In this document: piece by piece, positions 25,201-39,320 of the stretch | How positions within the stretch are numbered: position 1 is the first letter of the stretch | How the letters are laid out: each line of letters begins with the position of its first letter | Notes under the pieces: model-generated | Database searches by the model: none | The model's input: only the letters and a program-made list of their open reading frames with translations | Told to the model about the DNA's origin: nothing | Position numbers and translations under genes: made by a program | Assembly: GCA_000934665.2 (NCBI GenBank) | Contig: JYFJ02000903.1 | Span: 62,001-101,320, forward strand | DNA from: Catajapyx aquilonaris | Taxonomy: Eukaryota | Reading direction: 5' to 3' | DNA length: 39,320 nucleotides

Positions 25201-27583
25201 TCGTCTTCTACAAGACTGCAGCATCCGTCTTTTCGGTCCTTTTTTCTATTTTCTCCATGAATGAGGCCGGGGCTTGAATAATACACTCCTTGGATATCCA
25301 TCGATTGCGGCAGCCCCGCTGTGAGACGCGCAGCTGACCTTTCATTCGACATCTGGTTCGGACAGGCGAGAGGGGATGGGATGAACTGATGAAAAACTTG
25401 GACCTCCATTTTCTTTTTTAAGAAAACTAGGACACAACCTACCATTCTTATTTGGAAGTTTTTTTTTGTACCCCTTTTCGACGGGCGTATCCGACAGATT
25501 TGTTGCTGGAATGACATCGGAAATTAGGGTGCAACCGTGTCTCATGCAACAGTCGTCCATACTGATGCGTTTCAAAGGGAGGGAGCCCAGGTCTTGCTTC
25601 TGTCATACAGTACTTTGAAGGTAATGTAACATAGGCTACTTTGAATACGAAATGGGTGGTATACTCTAGATACGTATTAACTAGAGGAGAACAAAGATGA
25701 CAAAATTGCGATTTATTCAGTAGCCTGTGGGCCTGGCAGCATGTAACCTGCTGAGATGCAGCCCATAATAATTTATTAAAAACGATTCTTGGAAGTAAGG
25801 CACATTATTTTTAAATTTATGCATAGAATGTAAAGAAGGGGAGAATAACATTACACACGCTATACGTTAAAGCCATACTCAATTTTGACGGTTGCAGTTT
25901 GCAAGTACTGTAATACCGGTATAGTTGTTCAGCACATAAGAAGATTGTGTTCATTTGAATTATTTGAATGCACGACTTGATTGCCATGTGCAGATACGGA
26001 TTTTTTAGGCAGGACCACAGTGTTGTTTGCATTTTCTTACAGTTGACTAATGTATATCTTAGTCCAGGCCTACAGGTACTGTACAGGTAATGGTCAGGAA
26101 CGCAAGGGATATTCCTATCTCATAGATTCACGTTATGACACGCCTTTTGACTGAGGTTTTCTAAGAAATCTACGCAAATACCACATGTAGGTTTCTATAT
26201 TAAAAATTCTCCCATGACGCTCTTCTGTCATACGATAAGAATTTATTAACATGAAATTCTATAGGATACCACTTAAAATACGCAGCAGCAGTGCAATAAA
26301 TTCATGTTGATTTTACATTGCTGCATACATTTTCCATGAAACGATATTATTACCCTTCTGTAGGCTATAACTGTACTGTGGTTCCGAGAATATCGCCACA
26401 ACCTAATAACACAAAAACCATAAAAAAGTATTGCTACAAGTCCTACAGTATCCTCGGCACAGGGACATGAAATTAATTATCTCCGTGCACTGTAACTGAG
26501 TGCCTGAGGAGCCAAGAAGCATGCCCCGAGGGGAACTTGACCTCGCATATTTCGCATGTCAAACCTTATGCTACACGCTCCAGCTACTTCACACCCCCTT
26601 TTAGATGAGGCGCTTCCAGTGGCTTGTTCAAACAGTTTAGGGAAATCCGAGTATGAATCTGCTATCTCGAGGAACGAAACCAGCAGGGGGGCTATGAAAG
26701 GAAACATGTGCAGATCAAGGCGGCCCCCATAAATTGCTTATACAGTAACCGCTCCAGTGCAGCAGGCTTCTCTCGTGGAAGTAAACGTCAGGCCCCGAGG
26801 CTTCTATTACCCTTCCTCGATAGCCGCCATAAGCGCAAGATGGCCGTTCTCGAAAAGGAGCAACCGCGGACATCAAAGTGCAAACATGACCCAGCTTGTA
26901 TATGAAAATTCGAGTCGCCAGACATAGGCACAGGTCCCCGGAGTAATCATTGCAGGCTTACACCTTCTCCGGATAAAGATGGCGGGCGCCCCGTAAACAG
27001 TATCCGGATATACTGAGGGTGCGAGTAAGTAGGTCGGGATTGGCATTAGGCCTCTCTCGATAGCTATTCTCGTTTGGGCTCCCGATGGGGAAAGTTTAAG
27101 CCGGTGCTAACACTGCTGCGAATGGAGGGATTATCTGGAAGGAAAGTTTCTAAGAGAAGGTGAGTGGAGGGGGATGGGGACTTTGACCACTTCCGGAAGG
27201 TGAAAGAACTCGAAAGGCTCCGGATTTGACTAGGGTGCAATAGATACACGGAGAACAGGGTCCGTATCTCCTAACCGCACCAGGACTGCTGCGCTCGGGA
27301 GTAAATGGTATTTTATTCCGTTCCCGGTTTCCAAGTTCTCTCTCGGGGAACACGTAAAACTTGAGAGCAAAGTTTCCCCCTCAGACGCCTTTGCTAAACA
27401 TTCCCTCCCCCGCCACCTTCCAACTTTGCCAATTTCTTACTGTGGTAATCTCGAATTTTCTCACGCCCCCAACTTCTGCCGCCGAATCAAAGGAGTTGTT
27501 TTCACGCTGCAATGTAAACACTTTCCTGTCTATGGTTCCTGCCTAATTTGTTTATGATTGCATAAATGATATAGGCAGTTAAT

Positions 27584-27613
27584 TTAATCCTGGCATGGTT
27601 AATCCTGGCATGA
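27584..27613 (+). repeat. Tandem duplication of the 15-mer TTAATCCTGGCATG(G/A)
   Basis: ttaatcctggcatgg ttaatcctggcatga. Confidence 0.85.
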
Positions 27614-29836
27614 TTTTTTGCGCAAGTAATTGCACTAATTTACCTCCATTCCATCAGCATAGACTATATACTTTAACCAGTGGAAATTGATTGCAAGAAA
27701 ATGGAACGTCCCAATCATTGTCGTTTCCAATTAAGAGAACACTGCAAGGTGTTTGCATCTTCTCCCCAAGTTTGCGGTTGGAAATGGAAAGTGAAAATCA
27801 CGAAGTAATGTCTTACCAAAGTCACAGTCAATTTCGAAAGCTGCTGATGAAAAAAAAGATGGTGGTGTGGGTGGGAATCCGCTTTTTTGCGGATTAGATC
27901 TAATGAGAATCCTGAGTCTGAGCGTAGGCAGAGAGGAAGGAGATTTAACCTGCGAGAGATGGTAGCCGAGATCGAAAGGGTAATGAGACGAATTACACTC
28001 TTCCGTAATCAGGGAAGGAAATGGCACGGCTAAAAAGAGAATGAAGAACTTTTTTTTCTTCTTCTACTACTTACGTAAATGGGTGGAGTGAACCTGGATC
28101 ATCGGAATCGAAGGGGAGCGGAATGATTAATTAGTGCTTGGCATTACCTTACAACTACAAATCGCCCAATTAAGAAACAAACAAGAGTTTAGGTTGTGCT
28201 GCAGTCGATTTTCGGTTCTGGAAACTAAAGGCTAGAGGCAGGGTGCAATTAGAGATCATTAATTCGGGCGCTGTGAACTAATGGACGGCCATATTGGATT
28301 GACATTTTTTTTCCTTTCTGTACTTATTTGTGTTCATCAAGGCGTGAGTTACAGAAATTAGGAAGTTACAGCCCTCGACATAGCGTCGAATTTGATGGAA
28401 AACGTGAACCTGGCTTTGTGAGTTTCGACTTACATTAATGTCATGGAAGCTCTGCAAGGAGTAAAATAATTAATGCGATTGATCCTATCTGAAGCTGCAA
28501 CGTTAGCCAACTTGCTGGCTTTCCTACAGTCCCGGATGTGAAGCAACACGCGATGTGGAGGAAGAAGAATTGTTGACAATCACTAGACGGGACTGTCCAG
28601 CATGTGAGATCGAGCAGAATTGTCCGGCAGTGAAAAACAACTGGAAGTTTTTTATCTAAGAATAGAGGAAGCCAGGGACAAAAGATTTCAACACTCAGGT
28701 GAAAAGAGATATATTTTTAAGGAAGGTTATTATCGCCTTCTAGTGTTTCCCTCATTTCTATTGTTGGCGGTCATTTCCTATGTAATCAATGTAGGACGCG
28801 GTAAATGACACCATTTCTAACAAAACGACCGCCAACAGAGCAGGCGGTCGAAACCAACCTTTCGGCGGAAAATGCGCATTAAAATTTCACTACCACACTT
28901 TGCCAAAATTAGCCTAGAGGTGTTATCTACTGCCGTTATCGACACCGATACACTATGTAGCGTCATGCAACCGAATTACGCCGCGTAAGAGCCTAATTCA
29001 TTGGCGGGTTTTGCACACTAGAGAGATTAGCCATTTCTTGACGAAGCCCAGCATATCCATCAAAGCCTGCGAATCACCAAATAAACGGCCCACCCATTTT
29101 GGTCAGCACACGTGCGAAGTAGCCATAACAGACCGGGGACAACAGTGACGAACGAGCATGGACTCCTCTCAATCTACTCGCATCATCTAATAAAGAGAGT
29201 CGTAGAGGGACTTGAGCACGTAAACCAATCCCCGCAAAACCGGGCCCAATAAATTCGGGTCCAAGATAACACTGATGGAAAGCGTCCATTGTCACCACGC
29301 TGCGACGAGCGTCGTTACAGCCTGCCCGAAACGGCAGGTTTCGGGATTTTCGGAAGGACCTTTTGGCTGCATCTGCCTTCAGCCAATAATTGCTTCATAA
29401 TCCGTCATTTAACAGGATGTCACACGGTGTCATTTCAGTTCGAAAATGAAGCAGTTACTTTCGATGGTTACAACACACTGACTGCGACATCAGCAGCTCT
29501 GAAACGACTTGTGACCCTATTCCAAAAAACTTCTTTTTTATCGGATTCCCATCTTTTTTGCACAAGTGCAGAAATTGCTGATCGACACTTTTTTTATACC
29601 ACCGGGGCATATTCTTATCTTCAAGGTCTCATTACTTAATCCAAGTCACATTATATTGGAACTGCCGAATCCAAACGAGATCCGTTTCCATCATCAAAAG
29701 GACATTTATTTTTTGCACGAAAAAAAGGTCCGACATTTGCTGAAATCCTTCTTGAGATTGCAATGCTTGGTCTGAATTCTGGAAGGCTCATTAGGAACCT
29801 TGCCATTAGTCCCACTGAAGATCACCTGAAGATATA

Positions 29837-30019
29837 CAGGGTGTTTCATAATCTGGCGAACTATTTGTCAGTTTGTAAGTATCAGGCAGTGTAGCCATGT
29901 TACTGAAATTAGTAGCGTTAGTACAGTTATGTTGCTCGAAAAGTGTTCGAATATTAAATGACCTAAATTAAATGCCTAATAATTCGCACTACACATTCGA
30001 ATTATTACGAACCACCCTG
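29837..30019. mobile_element. Tc1/mariner-type MITE (183 bp, non-autonomous)
   Basis: Imperfect TIRs: left CAGGGTGTTTCATAATCTGGCGAA versus reverse-complemented right CAGGGTGGTTCGTAATAATTCGAA (18/24 identical). Flanked by TA on both sides (29835-36, 30020-21); AT-rich non-coding interior. Confidence 0.75.
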
Positions 30020-32516
30020 TATTTTTGGCCAAAGAAAAATGACTCAAATTCCAGCAGTCAACCCGAATCCATGTCAATCCATGCAAATATTCGGATCACG
30101 TCTGACCAATCGGTCGGAGCGTGAACCGTGACGTCCCGTGTTGACCCAAGGGCAGGCAAAATGGTGGCAGAGAAGCCACCCGAAAAATGTCGAAAAAGGG
30201 AAGGGTTGGAAGGTGGCAAGGAGTTCTAATTCAGTCATTGCAAATAGAAGGAGCGAGCCATCATGCAAGTCAATAGGAGGTTTCCATAGTTGGATAGAAG
30301 AAAAAACAGGAGTTTGCATTTGCATTTGGGTCACCACAAACGCGAGACGGATGGATCCCGGCGGGTTATGCTCTTGTGCCGAGCGATACCCGTGGAAAGA
30401 GACAAAGGAGAGGAGGGGAAATAGAAGATCTCAGGAAACTCAGAAGCAGTCGGGAATGGCGTTGAGGTTTTCTATGAAGCCGGCGGACAAGTTTAGATGA
30501 ATTCCACAGGATATAAGGGATGGGAGGAGAAACCGGCAGAAACGACTCATTGTAAACAATGCTACCCCCCACCGGTTAACTTTATGCGAACGGGGGGGCT
30601 TGTATAGTTGCTAACTCAGGCAAGGAAGGCATGCCTTGTAGTTGAATAATCCTAGTGTTTTCTTGAGTTCCTCGAGCGCAAGTAACTTGGAATGTATTAG
30701 AGAGGAATTCCACTAAGAGAGTTTAAGTGAATCGATTGCAACGGTTTTTGAGGGTAATGTGCGAGGAGATGAAGTAGTAATTCTGTTTTTAGGGGATATA
30801 TTTATGTAACTATAATCTCGTTATGAGCATTTCACAGCATTCGTTTCAGAGAAGAACTGATAATGAATATCATAGAGAATTTCCATCACTTCTGCTTAAC
30901 AAAATCCGCCAATTAAAATTGATTATTTTGTTCACACCATTCATCAAAAACCGCGGGTAATGTTCCCTGTATAAAACGAGGTGCCGAACCATACGGTGAG
31001 ACGAACTGGTGGCCAGTGAGTGATAATAATTTCGGAACTAATTTTAACCTATACCACTAAAGCCACGTAACTAACGATAAAAATTACGCGCCAAAATTTC
31101 ACGCTGCAAACTAAATGCGCCTGCTTTTCAGTTTGTCCAGTGTTACATGCCCAACTCTAGTGCTCCCAAATTGCAACGCTTCGTCACGCTCGACTGATAC
31201 CCTCTCTTCTATCCCTAAGTGCTTAAGGTAATATGAACGTGTACTCTTTCTGCCTACAGAGCAAAACTCCTCATCATGTAGGATATAGTAGGTAAAAGTG
31301 GGTTAATAGTTTGTCTCACTGCGACCTTCACAGGATTCGTAAGGCTTGGTTCTTTGATGGGACATACTGACATCTTGGCCAACACTCAATAAGAAAATAT
31401 AGCTCAGTCTTCACCAAAATAATGGTACGGTTTGGCAGGATAATGATGTGAACTAGGGTTCAGGCGTAATGGGCCCTGATAGTGTTCCACTTTCCCGACC
31501 GAAGTTATATCGTTTTATACCCACCCCATCAGGCCATCACGTCATAGCTTTAAAAAACATCAGAAATTGATGAACAATATGGACAAGTTAAGTGAACCGT
31601 AGGGTCTAATTTGTAGAAAGAGTGGTTGTAATATTACGGACAATATATCTAACCGTCAAAGATTAACTATCTGGATGTGTTCGACTGAAGTAGTGTGGTG
31701 AGTGCTAACTTGACAAACCCCCATTTAAATGCATAGGCTACAACTTGCCATAATTACTCCAGGGAGGCCCAGAGAGACGATAAAAAATGCAACAATTTCT
31801 TTTCCATATCACAGTACCCACTGCACATTCTTGCCGTATAACTTCCACGTTACTGCTGCTGCATATGCTGACCAAAATCGGGTTTCGATATGCAACTTTT
31901 TAAAGGCACATCCAGGTTTCCCAATGAAACTTGACGTAACAGAAAGAAGTAGATCAAGTAAAAGTTGTTTTCTGCTGACACCTTGTCCTGAACCTTCTCA
32001 GCTCAATATATCCCATCTCAAGAAACTGCAGGCGCAGCCTCCTCTAGTGGACATCCTCTGGACGTTTCTTTCGTTTTTTATTTTTTATTTAAAAAAAAGG
32101 GACACTAGTGCTACTCTGCCGATTCCAAAATAACGCAGTGTCCATCGCTCTATTTCGCACAGGTCCACGTTGACTGATGGCCAGCAGTGTTAAATGTGCA
32201 GGCTGGCATATGTTGACCCAACAGAGAACCAATGTATTTGGCATGCAATTAGCCGGATGTCATTACCGTGATTCGATGTTTGGTTTGTTCTAGAGCTGTT
32301 TTAACGCTATTTTTTGCAATCAAGCAACCTTCATTTTTTTGCACAGTTTGGGAAAACTTTTTCTATATAACACGAGTCCGAGCTATTAATGTTTTTTAAA
32401 CTATAAAAAGAGAGACAGGTGCGGTCTAATAATCCCAATGAAGAGCCGTATGGGGCTTTGCATGTGGGTGGCGGTGCCTTTGGTGCGGTTCAAGCACTGG
32501 CTGAATATCCAAGGGG

Positions 32517-32530
32517 TATATATATATATA
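32517..32530. repeat. (TA)7 microsatellite
   Basis: Read directly from the sequence. Confidence 0.85.
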
Positions 32531-35500
32531 TCGCATGGGAATAGCACACACAGGCCGCTGAGTAACCGCCTTTGTCCGCCGTCATCCCCGGTTTCCAAGG
32601 CAGCGGTCTAGCGAAAAATGAAGACGGAAGGGTGAAGAGCACGCAATAATGAATACAGATTACGCTGCGAGGCGACTGACCTTCTTTCCTTTGTGTCAGG
32701 TGACGACCCAAAAGTTAGCAATGAGGATCAGAAAGTGCGCGGCCAAAGTTCAAGAGAGAAGCTATTAATCGTTTAGTGATTATGCTGTGAGTTGTTTCTC
32801 TTTAAAATGGCTGTTGGAGTAAACAATTTTTTTTCCGTATACCATGGACTTTGGCTATGCATCGCCCTGTGTAGTCGCTGCAAACTAGCCGCAGGCTCAA
32901 AAACGGATTCTGTGATGAGGAATTACTGAATTTTAAAATGCCTGTCCGTATAGGAGGCATACTGTACTATAGCGATGAGTAAAAGCTTCACCAGATTTAA
33001 TGCAGGATTTGTATGGCCCACGGCTGCACCAATTAATATTTTAAACAATTCTATTACAATGTTATTTATAATGAGATTTTTTAGAGATATGTTCACAAAA
33101 CCGCATCTAATCCGTACTGAAATATTTATTGTCTTATCGAATTTAATAATACTGTAAATAGAGGCTGAAAAGGGATGTAGCGATCAATCAGGTAAATGCT
33201 CGAAACATTATGTTACCAGGCCATATGCGCTGGCTGTATAAAAGATTCGCTATGCTATTGAATCAGAAATGATTGGGCGAAATTAATTTTACATCCACCA
33301 AAACCAGTTCTCTCTCCCCGTTTTTGGATTACCACCAGGAGTAGTCTGCATTACCTGAATATGCATAAATGCCTGTAACACTCGACAGCTTTTACTTGGC
33401 AGTGTAGCTATTAGTGTTCAATAGGGCATGTGTTGATGACCTAATCTCTGTTCGTGTCGGCTTTGCCCTGATTTGGGAATTATTGCATTAGCTGGAGCTG
33501 ATGTGCTAATGAAAAGTCCCATTAGTATTAATGTCTCTTTTCATTGCCATCAATTCTGCGGTGTAGTACGGAGGCTGACTGCAATCAAGAACCTCCTTTT
33601 TGAATGGATAAGTGTCCTCTGCCATAAGTCCTCATTGGAAACTTCCAGCTCAATATATTGTGCCTGAACATTCAGCTGTGACTGTGCCTAAATATTTCTT
33701 TGCAAAATGTTTGGCTAAATGGTGATTTAAAACAGTAGCAATTTTTTGCACCAAAAATATTCGTACTGCAATTCAGAGAAAACCTTTCCCATCGGCAATT
33801 GTCCAGTCCCCTAGAATATTTACAAAACCAATAATCCTGGCCTGTCCCGCGTACTCTACCCGGGTTAAAAACTGTTACAGGAGGCATTATTCCGCGGCTC
33901 ATAATTTACATCCCATTGTCCTTTTACTAGGCTCTGTGCTGCTGGCAAGCAGCTTACTCATTGTAGCGCACTTTGAATTCCTGCATAGCATTTGAGAACA
34001 TGGCTTATACAGCAGGTGTATACGCCCACTTATGTTGTGCAGGGTTGATGGTTTCGGGACTAAACGCAATTTCTGAAAGGGGACTTTCATGGTACAGTAA
34101 GGGGTTAATGCTGCTGTCCGGATTCACCCCGTGATGTTCCAATCCAATTTTGGTGTTTGCCGTGGGCTTAATCAGCCTTCATCAAACTTGCAAGTCGGTT
34201 GCACGTCAACCGAGCGATTGTGGAGTTGGCGAATTCAGTGCAAACCCGTCAGTCCTCGTCCTTTATGTGCATGTTTGCGATTTCTATTTCTGGCAGATAC
34301 ACGCACGTGTGTTTCTTCGTATGCCTGGTAACTCACACCAGATTTCTGGATGGTTTTCCACTGCGAAACAAAGCGGCCATCAAAGTTTGGGGTACCGCGA
34401 GAGTCGTTGAAGGACGTTGAGAAACTTTCATGGCGGCCGTTACGAGGGATGTTAGTGCCTCTCTGTACGACTGTTGCCCAACTCCCGAATTGTCTTCTTA
34501 ACTTTAATAGTTTAAAAGACCCATTGCATCTTTGGGCTCCAGGGTAGCATCAAATTGGCCGTCTACCAAATGCCGTGTCTGGAGAAGATACGGCGACATT
34601 TTTGGCAAGTTCAGTGTTTATGCAATCAGGTGAGAGGCAGTTTTATGCGAGTTATAATTTTTATTGTAATTTATGGATACTATATGCTAGATTGTCGTTG
34701 CCAGAAAGTTGCATCTACGCTTCATAAATACGATTAACAAATTGCCAAAATTGGGCCAGCATTTTAAATCGCTAAAAGAGTGAGGATCCCTTTTTAAACC
34801 CAGGTCCCTCTACGTTTATGCATTGATGCACTTTGTAGGGGTATTGGAATGCTTTGGTATCGCAAAGCCTCTTGCCCATATTTCACAGAAAATCTTCATC
34901 CCTTTGACTCTTTTCCGCCATATTGGAAATCATTGTGTGCGCAGAAATTTGAGCAGCAGAAACTCTATCGGACGGAATCGCGATGGTTTATTGATTTTTA
35001 ACTGACTATTCGGACTAATTTCTAGCCGGCAATTCCTAGATTATATCGCGGCAGGGGCCACAGTTGGCTGTGTCATTTGCATAATCGCTGTAAGTGTTTT
35101 CCGAACTTTATCGAGCGAATTGCGCCCAAATCTTAATTGGAACCCCCGGGTTTTGTGCCTCGTATTAACCCGGCTGATGCTCAAAGTAAACATGAAACCC
35201 CGGGTGATTTACTGGCTGCGTCGTTGTTTGAACTATCCCCCATCCGATTATAGCAGCCCCCATATTAATACATAACCACTAGGGTTTTCCACACTTGCCC
35301 ATTTCGCACCACAGTTTGGCTTCGGGATAGGCCAACAAAATGAGTTGGAAAAAAATAACCGTTTCTGATCACGACCGCTCGTTTTAGCGGGAGAGTTTGT
35401 ATGAGATTTACTGTATTGTTAAGTTTTCGAGGGACAATTAAGGGGTCGAGCGACACGATCTGTGGAGGTCGACTTGAGGAGGAGAAAACGATTCTCTTTA

Positions 35501-37317
35501 CGATCGAGGTCCAGGTCTTTTGGGGACACTTTGGACTCTAGTTTTCTGGCGCCCGAAGGAAGTGGTTGCTTGGACAACGGCTGGACCCAGCCAACTACCT
35601 TTCGCTCCGATTTATGACCCGTGTCTCCTCTGGTATCTGAAAGTGGCTGCCAAGGTTCGATTTCCAGAAGAAAAGTTTCAAAACGTGGTTGCAGAGCGAT
35701 AATAAAAAAGTTTTTGTTGGAGGATGCTTGCGAATTGGTAGTTTGTGGCTTGCAAGTTGCAGAAATTTTGGCACCGGGAGGTGACGTCGACTGAGAAAAT
35801 TTCCTTTCAGTACGACGTAAGTGCAGCTGCAGGCATGATAAATGGAGAAGGGTAATTGGAGAGAAGAATGCTGTGAAAGTTAGTCAAGTCGCATTCATCC
35901 TCATCTAAAGCGAGGTAATTTCTATGGAAATTATAATTGCAGCAGAGGAGAATCGTAGTTGATTACGATGGGTTCTTAACAAGAAAATCCTCCGGGATGT
36001 TTGATTCTCGATACTTAAACAAGCTAAGTGTTGCACCTTAGCAACAAGCCAGTGCATTGTACAGTACCATCGAGCGCCGACGGCAAAGTGACTTCTCAAA
36101 AATCCTTGAAAACAAATTCCGTAGCAACAAAAAAAAGCCAAGAGCATCTCCAGACCTGACTTACGATACGGGCGAAACAATGGGACCCAACATGGCAACC
36201 AATCCGCTTTCGATTTCACGAACCAAATCGAAACTCTGCTATTCTCCTTCCCCTCACATTGTAATCTAAGCCATCAGTATTGCATCACATTATTCAACTC
36301 GTAATATTTATTTTAATACCGTCTCACTACCTTTCTTGAACTATTTCCGAAATTCTTTTCTTCTGAATTTCTTGGAGATGGAGCAAGATCGAGCCTGGGC
36401 AAGGAATATCCTCCGGTTATAATCCTAACATGAGGAGGTCTGTTGCTTGGGGAAGACCCGAAGATTCCTCGGTACAAAACGGTAAGCCCCGGCTCAGACC
36501 AGGTCCTTTGGAATTGGTGGGTCCCAGCGGGGGATGGAAGGGCAACGGAGGAGATGCAATGGCTTTTTCCCCCCAGCAGAAGAAGGGCTTGAATCTGCTG
36601 CTTCCCAAGATTGAACCTGGCGTATCCCACCAGCCAACCAGTGCGTGCTGCCAATGCAGGATGTTGATTCAAGTGTCGCAAACACCTGTTCCCTATTCAC
36701 CTGGGTCTCCACCCAGGGAAAGGTATAGGATTTCTCGCGTTTGTCGCATCCGAGGCACGTTTACTAGGAAAAATACCGGGGGACTAATTGGACTCGGTGC
36801 CCACCGGAAGAATAGTTGGCAGGGTCATTAACGGTGTGGGATAGGTTCGTCGGGACGTGAATGTCACGTTGGAGGAGAGGCCAATTCCAGAGGTTTTCTT
36901 TGCTCGTAATACAGCGGGATATATTTAGGCCGCGGCGTATAAAAAGGGGCAGAGAGTCGTTACCTGAATTTAATTAGAGGTGACGTCGACGCGTGTGGAT
37001 AAGCCGCGGTGATGACGTGGGTGCGCCGTGCCAGGAATCAAATCCCGTTTGTGGCCCGAATTTTCTGACGGTAGAAGTTATAGAGCTATAGAAGCTATAG
37101 AGGTAGCTGTGTTTTTTCCCAGAAAATGAAACCACAGATTATTATTATACGAACATGTTATGTAAGCGGAGTGATGTGTGGCATATGGAAGCCTTGACGA
37201 AGCTTTGTAGATTACCTTGTGTCTTGTGTAGTTCCTAGAACAACTATTGAAGATAATAGCGAAAAGCGTTCAGTGGAAATTCAGTGCCTTTACAAAAAAA
37301 ATCCAGGAAATGTCTTA

Positions 37318-37337
37318 CGTAATAATTAATTATTACG
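37318..37337. repeat. Perfect 20-bp palindrome CGTAATAATTAATTATTACG
   Basis: Self-reverse-complementary with no spacer. Confidence 0.9.
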
Positions 37338-38960
37338 GCTAAACAGACACATGCCCAAGGTCGAGGTGACCCGCTTTATCATGCATGTGGCTCATACATC
37401 ACTCTTTGATTTAAAAATCAGAACCCGGATCTTCAAGCAAAAAAATTTATTGCGGATACGGTCACGGTCTGTGTGACCCTTAGATTTCCCCCTGCCCCCA
37501 TTAGAAAGTGGGTATCAAGATTTTGGTGGAGAGGGCCGATGCAGACGGAAACTTCTCTCGTTCATTCATTTATTTCGAAGACGGCAAGAACGAGCTCATT
37601 CTTCAAGGCGTCCATGATGCCAAGAAATCTCTTCGCCGGCAGAAGAGAAGGGCATAAATCTTTGTCAGCATTCAGAACAATCCCAACCACTTTACTTCAG
37701 ACAGGACGGAACAAACGATGCCACTAATGATTCAAGGATTTCCCGTTTTTGTTTACCAGCCCCAGCCGATGAGATGGATGGACGTTATTATTACATTGTC
37801 CTTCTGATTATTTGGGACCATGCTTTTAATGTGCGGCACGTATGTTGCATGAAAACGGTGCCTTGTTGTTGCGTGGAGCTATTGGTAATCGTTAATGGTT
37901 TATTGTTCTGCCGTTTTTGGTAGAGGACATTTCTTTGTATAGACTCTACCGCATCTTGCCTGCAATTAAGTTTCTAATTATGTATACTGTACATCAACAC
38001 AGAAGGAATCAACTGCTAGCTTTCCAAAATGGATTACAAATACGTAATGAATATTACGCGTAGGTCCTATGTACGTCCGTTACTTTTCCGAAAAAGTCGA
38101 CTGGATTACAGTCAGATGAAATATTCAACAATTAATTCTCGTTTTTAGTTCATTTGTGCAGATTTCATAAAATTTTCAGTGGTGTGGTTAAATAATTAGC
38201 GTTGTGCTAAAGAGTTAAGTAGCCATTTTTGTAGTTTATTATCAGTACAACTACGGGGGTGTTTACGAGGTTTTAATTTGGGACTCATTATGAGCACTGT
38301 GCTATAATTATACAATGAAATTGCTGCTTACCCGTAGGCCGTAGCATAAAATACCACGTATACGACTTTATACGATTTGAATATTGGTATTATTCTTTTG
38401 TAGCTTTTGCATCACACTGCATAATCCTGGATTGGCATTAACCATCACTATTTCAGGCGCAATTGCGAGTATGTGATTACCTTACTACATCGCTGATTGT
38501 TTTCTATTAAAGCCAATCAGTTATTACAGCCGGCAATGAAATATACTGTATCATCACATATATGCATCTGGTTTACGTTGCACATTTAACATGTTGCATT
38601 CTGACATGCACCGATCCTCTGAACTGCATTAACAGGTCGATGGCACATGTAGTTGGACACCAAAACTGCATGTTGCATTCGGTTTGTTACAGATGTCCCA
38701 ATGGCGTGTGATTAAGCCCTGATTAATGCAGTTAATTTAGCAAGTCATGTTACAATTTAATTTTTAGTCAATCGCAGTAATACGAGCAACAGCATGTAAC
38801 ATCACCTACTAGCAGGTATAACCGCCACTATAATTTCCTTCTATGCCAAAATGCTAGCTCTTAAAATATGCTTTCACTCACTGTAGCTAGGAAAAGTACA
38901 TTATTTTATGAACAGAAGTATTGTACTTACAGTAGCGGTGCTTGGGTGGGTATGTACTAG

Positions 38961-39120
38961 GAGTATATGGGAATTATTGTTTCAGATAGGCAATACCACC
39001 ACTAATGGAGAGTCCGCATCGACCTTCAGAAATTACGCATGCGAAGAAGACGTTAAACTTGTACGAGTCTCTATAAAGCACCTCAAGTCCTGTGCGTCAA
39101 TCGTTTGGACCGCGCCTCCA
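38961..39120 (+). mobile_element. Decayed LINE reverse-transcriptase C-terminal remnant
   Basis: Frame-hopping peptides EYMGIIVSD, TFRN..EEDVK, LYESL and HLKSCASIVW match the order YLG..D / RTF / LYKSLVRPHLEYCASVW of CR1/L2/Jockey-group ORF2. Confidence 0.5.
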
Positions 39121-39320
39121 ATTAGTCGGTGTAGCTGAATCTTGCTCAGTGGCGACCTTCTATATTTCTGTCCCTTGATTTTCAGGGAATTTCTGTCGAA
39201 AATAACCTGAAGCCTGTTCAGTACAGAAACTTTGGCGGAATTGAATGACGTCGCGATGTACAGGTTTCGTTTATGATTACGACTGTACATACCTTTACAT
39301 TATTTCGTAGTATATGTTGG

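Noticed and set aside
36430..36831. 133-aa ORF in a GC-richer patch
   Set aside because: No domain similarity recognised; it overlaps equally long antisense ORFs.
20396..39320. Terminal exon following the 20247-20363 candidate (acceptor-like sites near 23658, 26042, 31259, 37122, 37759)
   Set aside because: Several phase-1 options give short peptides and none can be preferred without transcript data.

Overview
Eukaryotic (most likely arthropod) genomic DNA, not a prokaryotic locus. It holds the 3' part of a + strand metabotropic glutamate receptor gene (class C GPCR, closest to the Drosophila mGluRA type from recalled sequence). An 816-nt exon (26-841) encodes the end of the cysteine-rich domain and TM1-TM6. 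A 13.2-kb intron follows, then the TM7/proximal tail exon from 14083. Two candidate C-tail exons missed or only partly shown by the ORF track follow (15374-15463/15492 and 20247-20363); both are phase 1-1 and frame-preserving. Each tail exon has a G|GTGAG donor whose read-through gives a short alternative C-terminus; one ends in a canonical class I PDZ ligand (ETFV). The rest is non-coding, with a Tc1/mariner-type MITE, several decayed LINE reverse-transcriptase remnants, microsatellites and possible regulatory motifs. I found no convincing novel multi-gene system; the modular mGluR C-tail architecture is the most interesting signal. No database searches were run.
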